The notes beneath the pieces are model-generated. The model saw only the letters and a program-made list of their open reading frames with translations, was not told where the DNA came from and ran no database searches. Shown one piece after another: positions 1 through 8,454 of a stretch of 64,000 nt of DNA (its first letter is position 1; every line of letters starts with the position of its first letter). The position numbers were made by a program, and so were the translations under genes. The stretch covers positions 4,616 to 68,615 of the forward strand of contig DATFGI010000028.1 of assembly GCA_035249605.1 (NCBI GenBank), in the 5' to 3' direction. The stretch is from Acidimicrobiia bacterium (GTDB lineage: Bacteria > Actinomycetota > Acidimicrobiia > Spongiisociales > ZC4RG35).

Positions 1-1735
1 GCGTGACATCGCCGAGACCAAGGTGGTGGTGGCCGGCGCCGGAGCTGCCGGCGTGGCCTGCGCCCGGTTCTTCATCGAGCTCGGTGTCGACCCCAAGAAC
101 CTGCTGATGACCGACACCACCGGGGTCGTGCACATCGGTCGCTCCGATCTCAACGAGATCAAACAGGAGTTCGCCGTCGACACCGAAGCCCGAACTCTGG
201 CCGACGCCATGGTCGGGGCAGACGCCCTCATCGGGGTTTCCGCGGCCGGGATCGTCACCGCTGAGATGGTGCGGTCGATGGCGGACGACCCGATCGTGTT
301 CGCCCTGGCCAATCCCGACCCGGAGATCACCTATCCGGATGCCCTGGCAGCCCGAAGTGACATCTTGATGGCCACCGGTCGCTCGGACTACCCCAATCAG
401 GTCAACAACGTCCTCGGCTTTCCCTTCATCTTCCGTGGCGCCCTCGATGTCCGGGCCCGGGGTGTGTCCGAGAAGATGAAGGTGGCCGCGGCCACTGCCC
501 TCGCCCAACTGGCCCGGGAGCCGGTGCCCGACTCGGTGCTTCGGGCGTATGACCTGGAGCAGCTCTCATTCGGGCCCGACTACCTGATCCCCAAGCCCTT
601 CGACCCCCGCGTCCTGTGGACCGTGGCCCCGGCGGTGGCGCGCGCCGCCGTCGAGGAAGGCCTGGCCCGGGCGCCGATCGAGGACTTCGACGCGTACAAG
701 ACCGAGCTGCAGGCCCGGTTCAGCGCCTCGCATGGCCTGATCGCCGCGATCACCACCAAAGCCATGGCCCAGCCGAAGCGGGTGGCCTATCCCCACGCCA
801 ACGATCTCCGCATCATCCGCGCTGCCCGCCGTGTGAAGGACGAGGGGATTGCCAGCCCGGTCCTACTCGGGGCGAGGGCCGAGATCGAGGAGCTCGCCTC
901 GGCGGCCGGCCTGGCCATGGACGGCATCGAGGTCATCGATCCCAACGGAGTCGAGTCGGAACGTGAGAGGTACGCCAGAGTCCTGGAGGAATTGCGACGG
1001 GACCGTGGCATTTCGCTGAGCGAGGCGACCAGGCTGGTCGCCGATTCGGACATGTATGCCTGTCTCATGGTGCGGGAGGGAGCCGCCGACGCCGTGCTCG
1101 GCGGTCTCAACACCTTCTACCCGGAGACGATTCGCCCCGCCCTCCAGGTGCTCAAGGTCGAGGAGGGCCGCTCCATCGTGTCCTCGGTGTACATCGTGGT
1201 GGTGGGCGGTCGGCCCTACTTCTTCACCGACTGCGCGGTCAACATCCAGCCCACCGCCGAGCAGCTCGCCGAGATCGCCCTCGCCGCCACCCGTGCCGTC
1301 GAGGAGGATTTCGACCGCGAGCCGCGGGTGGCGTTCATCAGCTACTCCGACTTCGGCTCGGCGGGTGGCGAGGAGCCGGCGAGGGTCCGTCAGGCGGTGG
1401 ACATCTTCCGCAGCGCCCGACCCGACGTGGCGGTGGACGGCGAGATGCAGGCCGACTCGGCGGTGGTGGCCGAGCTCATGGCCTCGCGCAGCCCCAGCGG
1501 CTCGTTGGGGAGACCCGCCAACGTGCTGGTCTTCCCCAATCTGACCGCGGCCAACTCCGCCTACAAGCTGTTGAACCGGCTCGGCGGCGCCGAGGTGATC
1601 GGCCCCATCCTCAGCGGCCTCTCCAAGACGGTCCACGTCCTCCAGCGCGACGCCTCCGTAACCGACGTGGTCAACATGACCGCCATCGCGGTGGCCGAGG
1701 CCCAGCGGCGCGAGTCGCGGACTCACCCCGCTTAG
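1..1735 (+). CDS. maeB: NADP-dependent malic enzyme (MaeB type), 5' end outside the window. NAD(P)-binding domain fused to a phosphate-acetyltransferase-like C-terminal domain.
   Basis: The frame of ORF 23..1735 stays open to the left edge (RDIAETKVVVAGAGAAG). It shows a GAGAAG Rossmann motif and LANPDPEI, followed by a long PTA-like domain (GGLNTFYPETIRP, VFPNLTAANSAYKLL). Confidence 0.85.
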   Translation, partial: RDIAETKVVVAGAGAAGVACARFFIELGVDPKNLLMTDTTGVVHIGRSDLNEIKQEFAVDTEARTLADAMVGADALIGVSAAGIVTAEMVRSMADDPIVFALANPDPEITYPDALAARSDILMATGRSDYPNQVNNVLGFPFIFRGALDVRARGVSEKMKVAAATALAQLAREPVPDSVLRAYDLEQLSFGPDYLIPKPFDPRVLWTVAPAVARAAVEEGLARAPIEDFDAYKTELQARFSASHGLIAAITTKAMAQPKRVAYPHANDLRIIRAARRVKDEGIASPVLLGARAEIEELASAAGLAMDGIEVIDPNGVESERERYARVLEELRRDRGISLSEATRLVADSDMYACLMVREGAADAVLGGLNTFYPETIRPALQVLKVEEGRSIVSSVYIVVVGGRPYFFTDCAVNIQPTAEQLAEIALAATRAVEEDFDREPRVAFISYSDFGSAGGEEPARVRQAVDIFRSARPDVAVDGEMQADSAVVAELMASRSPSGSLGRPANVLVFPNLTAANSAYKLLNRLGGAEVIGPILSGLSKTVHVLQRDASVTDVVNMTAIAVAEAQRRESRTHPA

Positions 1736-2949
1736 TCGGACCAGTACTCCTCATAGTGGACGTTGCCGCGCTGTTTGCGGTGGTCGATGGTGAAGCCGCG
1801 GTCGTGGAGGATCTGGCAGACGCCAAGGGGTTCGGGGAAAGTCAGCTCTCCGGTTTCTTCGTCTCGCTGCGGGATCCCGATCATCGCCGGGTTGCCGCAC
1901 AGGAAGACGTGGGTGCCCTCCGGATCGAGGGGCTCACCCAGCGCCTCCTCGAGCCGGCCCGAGGTGATCAGCTCCTGGACATACACCTTCTTCCCCTCGT
2001 TCTCCGGCTCGCGTGTGGTCAAGGTCAGGTACTGGTACTGGTCGAACCGTGACTCCACCGCGGCCTGCTGCTCGGCATACGCCAGGTCCTGATGGAAGCG
2101 GACGCACACAACAGAGAGGATCCGGCCCTGGTGGCCACTCCGCAGTAGATCTGCCGTCATCTTGTTGTGCGGCGCCTCCCCGGTCCCGGTGGCCAGGAAG
2201 ACGATGTTGTCGGTCGGCTCTACGTCGTCGAGGGTGTATCGCCCGGTGAACTTCCTGCCCATGTAGATGCGGTCGCCGACTCCCTTGGTGAAGATGCGTG
2301 GAGTCAGTGCCGGGACCTCTTCCTTGTCCGGCGGCACCCGGACGATGTAGAACTCGACCTGGTCTGGATGGGGTGGTACCAGTTCGCCTTCTTCGTCGAG
2401 TATCGACGACGAGACCGAATACGACCGCAGCGCCATCTTCTCCCGTTGGCCCGCATCCTCGCCGAAGTCCTCCTCGACCTGGTCGGCTCGCGGCTCCCAG
2501 TAGCCGAGTCCCAAAGTCGTGTATTGGCCTGCCTTGAACGGCTCGATCGGGTCGTCGGGCTCGATCCGCATCACCCACAGGTCGGGGTTGTGCTCCCGTA
2601 TCCAGGAGATGGTGGCGTTGTAGTTGGCCTGCCTCAGCTCATCGTCACGCTCCTCGGGGCTGAGCTCCTCGTAGTAGACGAACAGCTTGGCGATCACGTC
2701 CGAGGCGGCGTCGAGAGCGGCTGAGTCCCAGCCGTCCGACCGACGCACCGAGACGGTGTTGGAGAGGATGTAGACACTGTCGAGCGAGCCGTCGTCCTGC
2801 CAGAGACGTCGGGCGAGCACTTCCGGCCAGTCGTCGCCGACCGGCGGCGAGGCGAACACCAACCCGTCCTGGCCGGTCAGCGAGCGATCCAGATCGAAAA
2901 GGGCGGTGTTCCCGACCGGCGTGGCGGTGACCTCGATCAGCTGACCCAT
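1732..2949 (-). CDS. Ferredoxin-NADP+ reductase-like flavoprotein with an extra N-terminal Nfu/NifU-N-like domain.
   Basis: 405-aa ORF. FNR-type motifs are present: RSYSVSS (FAD binding), FLATGTGEAPH (NADP binding) and a C-terminal HYEEYW. The first ~95 aa follow the pattern of an Nfu N-terminal scaffold domain (inference). There is a 4-nt overlap with the maeB stop. Confidence 0.75.
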   Translation of the reverse strand: MGQLIEVTATPVGNTALFDLDRSLTGQDGLVFASPPVGDDWPEVLARRLWQDDGSLDSVYILSNTVSVRRSDGWDSAALDAASDVIAKLFVYYEELSPEERDDELRQANYNATISWIREHNPDLWVMRIEPDDPIEPFKAGQYTTLGLGYWEPRADQVEEDFGEDAGQREKMALRSYSVSSSILDEEGELVPPHPDQVEFYIVRVPPDKEEVPALTPRIFTKGVGDRIYMGRKFTGRYTLDDVEPTDNIVFLATGTGEAPHNKMTADLLRSGHQGRILSVVCVRFHQDLAYAEQQAAVESRFDQYQYLTLTTREPENEGKKVYVQELITSGRLEEALGEPLDPEGTHVFLCGNPAMIGIPQRDEETGELTFPEPLGVCQILHDRGFTIDHRKQRGNVHYEEYWSD

Positions 2950-3005
2950 TGGCCGCCAGACGCTACCCGGGGAAGACGCAGACCGGTGGCCGTGTTGATC
3001 TCGTC

Positions 3006-3386
3006 ATGGACCCTTCTGTCAAGGATGCGATGGACCGTGGCGGGATCGCCGACATCACCACCATCGGCCGCAAAACGGGCAAGCCTTACCGCATCGAGAT
3101 CTACTTCCACCAGTTCGACGGTCGTTACTACCTCACCGGACGACATGGCCCCAGGCGGGATTGGGAGGCCAACATCGTGGCCAACCCCGAGTTCACCCTT
3201 CATCTCAAGCGCGGCATCACCGCCGATGTGGCGGTGAAGGGCGAACCCGAGCCCGACCCCGAGGAGCGGGCCCGGATCCTGCGTCGCGCCCTCATCGAGA
3301 GCTGGGACTCCCCGCCTGATGACGTGGACAAGGCTCTGCACAAGTGGGTGGACGGTTCGCCGTTCATCAGGTTCGAGCCCATCTAG
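3006..3386 (+). CDS. Deazaflavin (F420)-dependent nitroreductase-family protein (DUF385-like).
   Basis: TTIGRKTGKPYRIEIYF...YYLTGRHGPRRDWEANIVANPEFTLHLK is the typical DUF385 pattern. ATG 3006 is preferred over the TTG at 2949, which abuts the divergent gene's start codon. Confidence 0.7.
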   Translation: MDPSVKDAMDRGGIADITTIGRKTGKPYRIEIYFHQFDGRYYLTGRHGPRRDWEANIVANPEFTLHLKRGITADVAVKGEPEPDPEERARILRRALIESWDSPPDDVDKALHKWVDGSPFIRFEPI

Positions 3387-3793
3387 ATCTCACCGGACTT
3401 CACCCCGACGTCTCTCATCCCGAGACCGATGAGCACGAAGAGGATTCCCATCAGGATGGCCATCCCGGCGACACCGAAAGCCACGACCGAGGTGAAGAGG
3501 GACGACTGGAGGAAAGCCGAGGTCATCGCCACCTGACGCAATGGGTCGTCCTGTTCGAGCTCGGCATAGGTGAGGCCACCTGTGGTCTCCAGCGTGTGTT
3601 TGTCGATGACCCGGGCCTGACAGAATGCGCTGAACGGGCCGTCGACCTCGTCACCGGCGAGACAATCGGCATCGCCGGCAACGGTGATGTTCTGCTCGGC
3701 GAGTGTGTTGCTGACCACGATCCAGGTGGCGGCTCCGGACACGATCAGGATGATTCCAACGACCAGTGATGCGATGAATGCGGTGCGTCTCAT
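3383..3793 (-). CDS. Hypothetical membrane protein with N- and C-terminal TM helices.
   Basis: 136-aa ORF with strong third-position GC bias and two hydrophobic helices. AAAGGAAG RBS and a TAGCTT -10-like hexamer lie upstream. Confidence 0.6.
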   Translation of the reverse strand: MRRTAFIASLVVGIILIVSGAATWIVVSNTLAEQNITVAGDADCLAGDEVDGPFSAFCQARVIDKHTLETTGGLTYAELEQDDPLRQVAMTSAFLQSSLFTSVVAFGVAGMAILMGILFVLIGLGMRDVGVKSGEI

Positions 3794-3964
3794 GTCTTCC
3801 TTTCGATGGAATACCCCAAGCTAACGGTAGGCACACGGGAATACTCCGACCGTTACTCGCCATGGGGTCTGCGAGCTCCGATACTCCCCAGGCTCCACGA
3901 CGAAATTGCACCCGGCGAAGGTGACCCTGCGCATAGCGTTTGAAATGGGCAAAGCCACGGAGGG

Positions 3965-4060
3965 TGGCGGAGGCGGACGGGAATCGAACCCGCCAGAGAC
4001 CGTATCGGCCTCTCACCGGTTTTGAAGACCGGGGGACCCACCAGGCGTCCGTACGCCTCC
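3965..4060 (-). tRNA. selC: tRNA-Sec (anticodon UCA), CCA encoded.
   Basis: The reverse complement reads GGAGGCGU..CCGGU-CUUCAAA-ACCGG..long variable arm (AGAGGCCG-AUA-CGGUCUCU)..GCGGG-UUCGAUU-CCCGU-CCGCCUCC-G-CCA. The anticodon loop CUUCAAA is identical to that of E. coli tRNA-Sec. Length is 96 nt with an 8-nt acceptor 3' strand. Confidence 0.8.
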
Positions 4061-4092
4061 TCCGTGTCGTACGACAGTAGATCAGCCGGGAC

Positions 4093-4833
4093 GTGACGAA
4101 TTTCGTCAATCGTTTCGGGAACCTTCCCAGGGGTATATACGCTCTCATGATCATGCCGGAACGAAGCTTCGGGCGGACGGTGCGTTATCAGCGCACCAAG
4201 CTCGGCCTCAGCCAGGCCAAGCTCGGCGAGTTGGTCGGCCGCTCGACGGCGACCATCCGCGCCTGGGAGCGTGACAAGTCCCGACCCAACGATCAGCACG
4301 TCCTTTCTGCCCTGGCCGCGGTCCTCGCGGTCGACGAAGGGCAACTCTTCGAGAAGGCTGAGGTGGAACGACCCATGGTGGAAGAGACGAGCCCAACGAT
4401 CGAGCAGGTCCTGGCAACGCTGACCCCGGCCCCGCGGGCCGAGTCATTGCCGTTCGTCGAGGGGGACGAAGATCCCGTCTCCGATTCCGCCGCCGAAACC
4501 GCATCAGAGGAAGTCGAACAAGCGCCGGCCGAGGGAGCTCATGCTCACGAGCAATCCCAGCCGCTGAGAGAAAGAGAGCTGGTGAGTGCGGGAGTGCCGG
4601 GACCCGCGTATGTCGCACCGCCAGACCCGTACATACAGACGCCTCCCACCCCGTCGCTCGCCGATCTCTCCTACGTGGAGGACGACTCTCAGCGCCAGCT
4701 GTATCGGGTCCGCACCCTGGCCACTGTGGTCGCCACCGTCGTCCTCTTCATCGCCTTCATCTGGGCCCTTGGCGAGGGTCTCGGTGCCTTGGGCGAGTGG
4801 TGGGACAGCTTTGTCGGCCAGCTCCGTCTCTGA
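4093..4833 (+). CDS. XRE-family helix-turn-helix protein with an acidic linker and a C-terminal membrane anchor (RodZ-like architecture).
   Basis: The HTH is RYQRTKLGLSQAKLGELVGRSTATIRAWERDKSRP and the C-terminal TM is LATVVATVVLFIAFIWAL. The start is uncertain; ATG at 4147 or 4153 is possible. Confidence 0.75.
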   Translation: MTNFVNRFGNLPRGIYALMIMPERSFGRTVRYQRTKLGLSQAKLGELVGRSTATIRAWERDKSRPNDQHVLSALAAVLAVDEGQLFEKAEVERPMVEETSPTIEQVLATLTPAPRAESLPFVEGDEDPVSDSAAETASEEVEQAPAEGAHAHEQSQPLRERELVSAGVPGPAYVAPPDPYIQTPPTPSLADLSYVEDDSQRQLYRVRTLATVVATVVLFIAFIWALGEGLGALGEWWDSFVGQLRL

Positions 4834-5097
4834 CTGCGCGCCGCTAAATCAGCATGACAATCTCCGGATTTGTGGCAAACTCGCGCTACCAGAGAAAGGA
4901 GGTGGTCCGAACTTGTATGAATGTTTCAGGACTCTGGAGGTGGCCAAGCGCTGAGCGGCGCTGACCGCTGATGCGTCGCTCGTTCCTCACGGGACGTGGT
5001 GGCGACTCCAAACTTGGACCACCCGGCTCCGGCTACCGCGGGACTCGTCCACCTGCGGCGAACGATTCGAAGCTATGCCGGTGCTGACTTCTAGGCA

Positions 5098-5125
5098 GAG
5101 ACCCCGCCCCTCGTGGCGGGGTCTC
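5098..5125 (-). terminator. GC-rich stem-loop directly after the stop of the cysteine-synthase-like gene.
   Basis: GAGACCCCGCC-CCTCGT-GGCGGGGTCTC is an 11-bp perfect stem abutting the stop codon at 5126-5128. There is no clear U tract, which is common in high-GC actinobacteria. It could also end a plus-strand transcript from the 4834-5097 region. Confidence 0.5.
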
Positions 5126-6079
5126 TCATATCTGGAAGCCATTGGCCCGCATCCACCCGTCGTTGAATACCTTGGACAGATAGCCACGGCCCGAGTCGGG
5201 GACGATCACCACCACCAGCCGGTCGGGATCCTCCCTGGCCACACGCAAGGCGGCTTCGACTGCGAGGCCACCAGACCCTCCGGTGAGCACTCCCTCGGTC
5301 CGGGCCAGGGTGCGGGCCATGGCGAAAGACTCGGCGTCGGTGACCTCGATGAACCGGTCGATCACGTCGAGGTCGACGGTCTCGGGATAGAAGTCCTCAC
5401 CAACACCCTCGACGAGGTATTGGTGGAGGTCCCCCGCGGGGCCCTGGGTGTAGATCGAACCCTCCGGATCGGCTCCCACCACCTCCAACCCGGACTTCTT
5501 TTCCTTGAGGAAACGCCCCGCCCCGGTGATCGTCCCACCCGTCCCCACCCCGGCCACGACCACGTCGACCGCCCCGGCGGTCTGCTCCCAGATCTCGGGA
5601 CCGGTGGTCTCGTAGTGAGCCCGGGGATTGGCCTCGTTGAAGTATTGGTTTGGCTGGAAGGACCCTTCGATCTCGGTGGCGAGGCGGTCGGCCACGCCGT
5701 AGTAGGACTCGGGGTGACCCGGCCTCAGGTCGGTTGGTGTCTCGACCACCTCGACGCCGTATGCCCGCAAGAGGTCCTGTTTCTCCTTGGAGACCTTGTC
5801 GGGGACGGTGCAGATCACCCGATAGCCGCGCACCGCGGCTACCAGCGCCAGCCCCACTCCGGTGTTGCCCGAGGTCGGCTCGATGATCGTCCCGCCCGGA
5901 GCGAGCACACCCTCGGCCTCGGCCCGGTCGATCATCTCCACCGCGATCCGCTCCTTCACCGACCCACCCGGGTTGAGATACTCGATCTTGCCGACCAGGT
6001 TTCCCGGGGGATGGAGGCGGGAGAATCGGACGATGGGAGTGTTGCCGATGGTGTCGACGATGCTTTCGTGGATGTCCAT
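5126..6079 (-). CDS. PLP-dependent cysteine synthase / cystathionine beta-synthase family enzyme (no CBS-pair domain).
   Basis: IGNTPIVRF, KIEYLNPGGSVKERIA and EPTSGNTGVGLA are typical CysK/CysM/CBS fold-type II signatures. 317 aa. Confidence 0.85.
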   Translation of the reverse strand: MDIHESIVDTIGNTPIVRFSRLHPPGNLVGKIEYLNPGGSVKERIAVEMIDRAEAEGVLAPGGTIIEPTSGNTGVGLALVAAVRGYRVICTVPDKVSKEKQDLLRAYGVEVVETPTDLRPGHPESYYGVADRLATEIEGSFQPNQYFNEANPRAHYETTGPEIWEQTAGAVDVVVAGVGTGGTITGAGRFLKEKKSGLEVVGADPEGSIYTQGPAGDLHQYLVEGVGEDFYPETVDLDVIDRFIEVTDAESFAMARTLARTEGVLTGGSGGLAVEAALRVAREDPDRLVVVIVPDSGRGYLSKVFNDGWMRANGFQI

Positions 6080-6262
6080 GTCCGGCGACCGTCAGACTTC
6101 GTTCCCACCCAAGGGCGATGCGTCCAGGAGCACGATGATCACACGAGGGGCGGCGATCACGGTGAGGATGCCGGCGAGCCGATACCCACTCTGCCGTCCC
6201 GGGATGGTCATCCTCAGATGATGGCAGATCCCGTTTCCGAGCCGTCTTCCTAGGCTTGCGGC

Positions 6263-7159
6263 GTGGCAAGAATCGTCCGCTACGGCTGGTTCGTCCTCGC
6301 TTTCAACGTGGGCGTCATCCTGTTGGGCGCCCTGGTGCGGGCCACGGGGAGCGGAGCCGGATGCGGCCGCTCCTGGCCGGGTTGTCAAGGGACGTTGGTT
6401 CCCGAGTTGGAAGGGGCTACCGCCGTCGAGTTCACACACCGTGCCGCGAGCGGCGTCGCACTGGTCCTGGTGGCAGTGCTAGTGGTCTGGGTCTGGCGAG
6501 CCACCGCCCAAGGCCACCCGGCGCGGACCGGGGTGCTCCTCTCGGCGGTCGCTGTCGTCGGCGAGGCGCTGATCGGGGCGATGATCGTGCTGGCCGAATG
6601 GGTGGCCGAGGACACGTCGATGGCCCGCGCGGTCTCGGTACCTCTCCATCTGGTCAACACCCTGTTTCTCCTCGCCGCTTTGACCCTCACCATCGTCTGG
6701 CTGCGCGGCGGCTCCCGTCTCGACTTCGGTAAGGACACCAAGATCACACGTGCCGTGGTTCTGGGGGCGATTGCTCTCGTGCTCCTCGCCGCCACCGGGG
6801 CGGTCACTGCACTGGCCGACACCCTCTTCCCCAAGACCGATGACCTTTCGGGTGTCGAGCATTTCCTCACCCGGCTCCGCGTGGTTCATCCGGTCCTGGC
6901 TGTTTTCGCCGCGTCCACCGGGTGGTGGGTCTCATCCAAATCGGGTCATGCCCGCACCCCGGCGGTGAAGGGCCTGTTCGTCCTGGTGGCGGCGATGATG
7001 CTCACCGGGCTGGTCAACATCGTTCTCGGTGTGCCGGTGTGGATGCAGCTGGTCCACCTCGCTCTCGCCGACGCCCTTTGGATCACATTCGTCTTGGTGT
7101 CGGCCCGGGCGCTTCAGATGTCGGACACCACCGCGTCCCGGCTGTCTCCGAGCAGGTAG
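6263..7159 (+). CDS. ctaA: Heme A synthase (COX15/CtaA family).
   Basis: N-terminus LGALVRATGSGAGCGRSWPGCQG, multiple TM helices and conserved His/Cys positions. GTG start lies 6 nt after a TAGGCT hexamer (6251-6256). Confidence 0.85.
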   Translation: MARIVRYGWFVLAFNVGVILLGALVRATGSGAGCGRSWPGCQGTLVPELEGATAVEFTHRAASGVALVLVAVLVVWVWRATAQGHPARTGVLLSAVAVVGEALIGAMIVLAEWVAEDTSMARAVSVPLHLVNTLFLLAALTLTIVWLRGGSRLDFGKDTKITRAVVLGAIALVLLAATGAVTALADTLFPKTDDLSGVEHFLTRLRVVHPVLAVFAASTGWWVSSKSGHARTPAVKGLFVLVAAMMLTGLVNIVLGVPVWMQLVHLALADALWITFVLVSARALQMSDTTASRLSPSR

Positions 7160-7575
7160 CGGGGGCCGGTGCCCAAACCGGAGGCGGCGTCGCCCGGGTT
7201 GAAGATCGAGCACGAAGTGAGGGACAGACAGCCACACCCGATGCAGTCGGTGAGCTCGTCTCGGAGGGCGACCAGCTCGGCGATCTGAGCGTCGAGCCTG
7301 CTCCGCCACGAGACCGAGAGACGCTCCCAGTCGCTCCTGGTCGGGGTCTTGTCGTGGGGGAGATGCTCCAGCGCGTGAGCCAGTTCGGACAACGACAGGC
7401 CGACCTCTTGTCCGGCACGGATCAACGCCACCCGGCGCAGGGTGGCCCGGGGATACCGGCGCTGGTTGCCGTCGGTCCGCTCCGATGCGATGAGCCCCTT
7501 GGTCTCGTAGAAGCGAAGCGCGGATGTGGCCACCCCTGACCTCTTCGCAACCTCACCGATGGTCAGCAATTCCAT
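7114..7575 (-). CDS. soxR: MerR-family redox-sensing regulator SoxR ([2Fe-2S] type).
   Basis: MerR HTH (LTIGEVAKRSGVATSALRFYE) plus the SoxR cluster motif CIGCGCLSLTSC. Its 3' end overlaps the ctaA 3' end by 46 nt (convergent). Confidence 0.9.
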   Translation of the reverse strand: MELLTIGEVAKRSGVATSALRFYETKGLIASERTDGNQRRYPRATLRRVALIRAGQEVGLSLSELAHALEHLPHDKTPTRSDWERLSVSWRSRLDAQIAELVALRDELTDCIGCGCLSLTSCSIFNPGDAASGLGTGPRYLLGDSRDAVVSDI

Positions 7576-7665
7576 GTCTGAATCGTATCGATCGATATGA
7601 AGTTGAGTTGAAGTTTAGATCCGGCCCTGGGCACGGCTTCTGCTGTCCACCTATCGTCCGCGACC

Positions 7666-8451
7666 ATGTTCGACCAGCTCGCCGAAGGGGTCTTCCGCCG
7701 CCGGTACCAATCCCTCGACCTCAACGTGGGTGTGGTGATCGGGGACGCCGGGGTCCTTCTCGTCGACACCAGGTCTTCTCATCGGGAAGCCATGGAGCTG
7801 GCCGACGAGCTTCGCACACTGACTCCCCTCCCCGTGCGCTGGGTGGTGAATACCCATTGGCACTGGGACCACACTTTCGGGAACTCGGTTTTCCCCGGCG
7901 CCGAGATCTGGGGCCACGAGCTCACCCAGATCGCCCTCACCCAACGCGGCGAGGAGATGAAGGAAGATGCCAAGGCCTGGATCGACGAGGAGATGCACCC
8001 CCAGATCGACGAGGTCGCCATCGTGCCGCCTACCAAGGTGTTCTCGGACAAGGCATCGCTCGACATCGGGCGCGGGGTGCACATGGCCTATCACGGCTTT
8101 GCTCACACCGACGCCGACATCGTGGTGGCGGTCGATGGCTCCGATGTCTCCTTCTTCGGAGACATGATCGAGGAGGGTGGCCCGCCATCCTTCGGGGACA
8201 GCCACCCGACCGCCTGGCCCCTCACCCTGCAGTTGGCCAGCCATGACGCGTCGGGCGAGTTCGTGCCTGGGCACGGAGACATCGTCGACCGGGCTTTTGT
8301 CAACGGTCAGCTCGAGGAATTGGCAGCCGTGGCCTCGATCGCCGAACGTCTGGTCGCCGGCGACCTCGATCTGGAAGACGCCGCTCGGTCGGGACCGTAT
8401 CCAGAAGAGGTGATGAGAGCCGCCCTCCTCCGAGCGCAGGCCCTCGCCTAG
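7666..8451 (+). CDS. MBL-fold metallo-hydrolase.
   Basis: HxHxDH motif (NTHWHWDHTFGN) and downstream His/Asp ligands. Divergent from soxR. TATCGT hexamer lies 8 nt upstream of the ATG. Confidence 0.8.
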   Translation: MFDQLAEGVFRRRYQSLDLNVGVVIGDAGVLLVDTRSSHREAMELADELRTLTPLPVRWVVNTHWHWDHTFGNSVFPGAEIWGHELTQIALTQRGEEMKEDAKAWIDEEMHPQIDEVAIVPPTKVFSDKASLDIGRGVHMAYHGFAHTDADIVVAVDGSDVSFFGDMIEEGGPPSFGDSHPTAWPLTLQLASHDASGEFVPGHGDIVDRAFVNGQLEELAAVASIAERLVAGDLDLEDAARSGPYPEEVMRAALLRAQALA

Positions 8452-8454
8452 GTC

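Noticed and set aside
5075-6269. ORFs 5075-6253 (+) and 5397-6269 (-, alternative frame) over the cysteine-synthase-like gene.
   Set aside because: Same artefact class. Only the 5126-6079 minus frame shows PLP-enzyme motifs.
7598-7620. Possible canonical SoxR box in the soxR upstream region.
   Set aside because: The AAGTTGAG / TTGAAGTT words resemble SoxR half-sites but are arranged as direct repeats, not as an 18-bp palindrome. I report them only as an atypical candidate operator.
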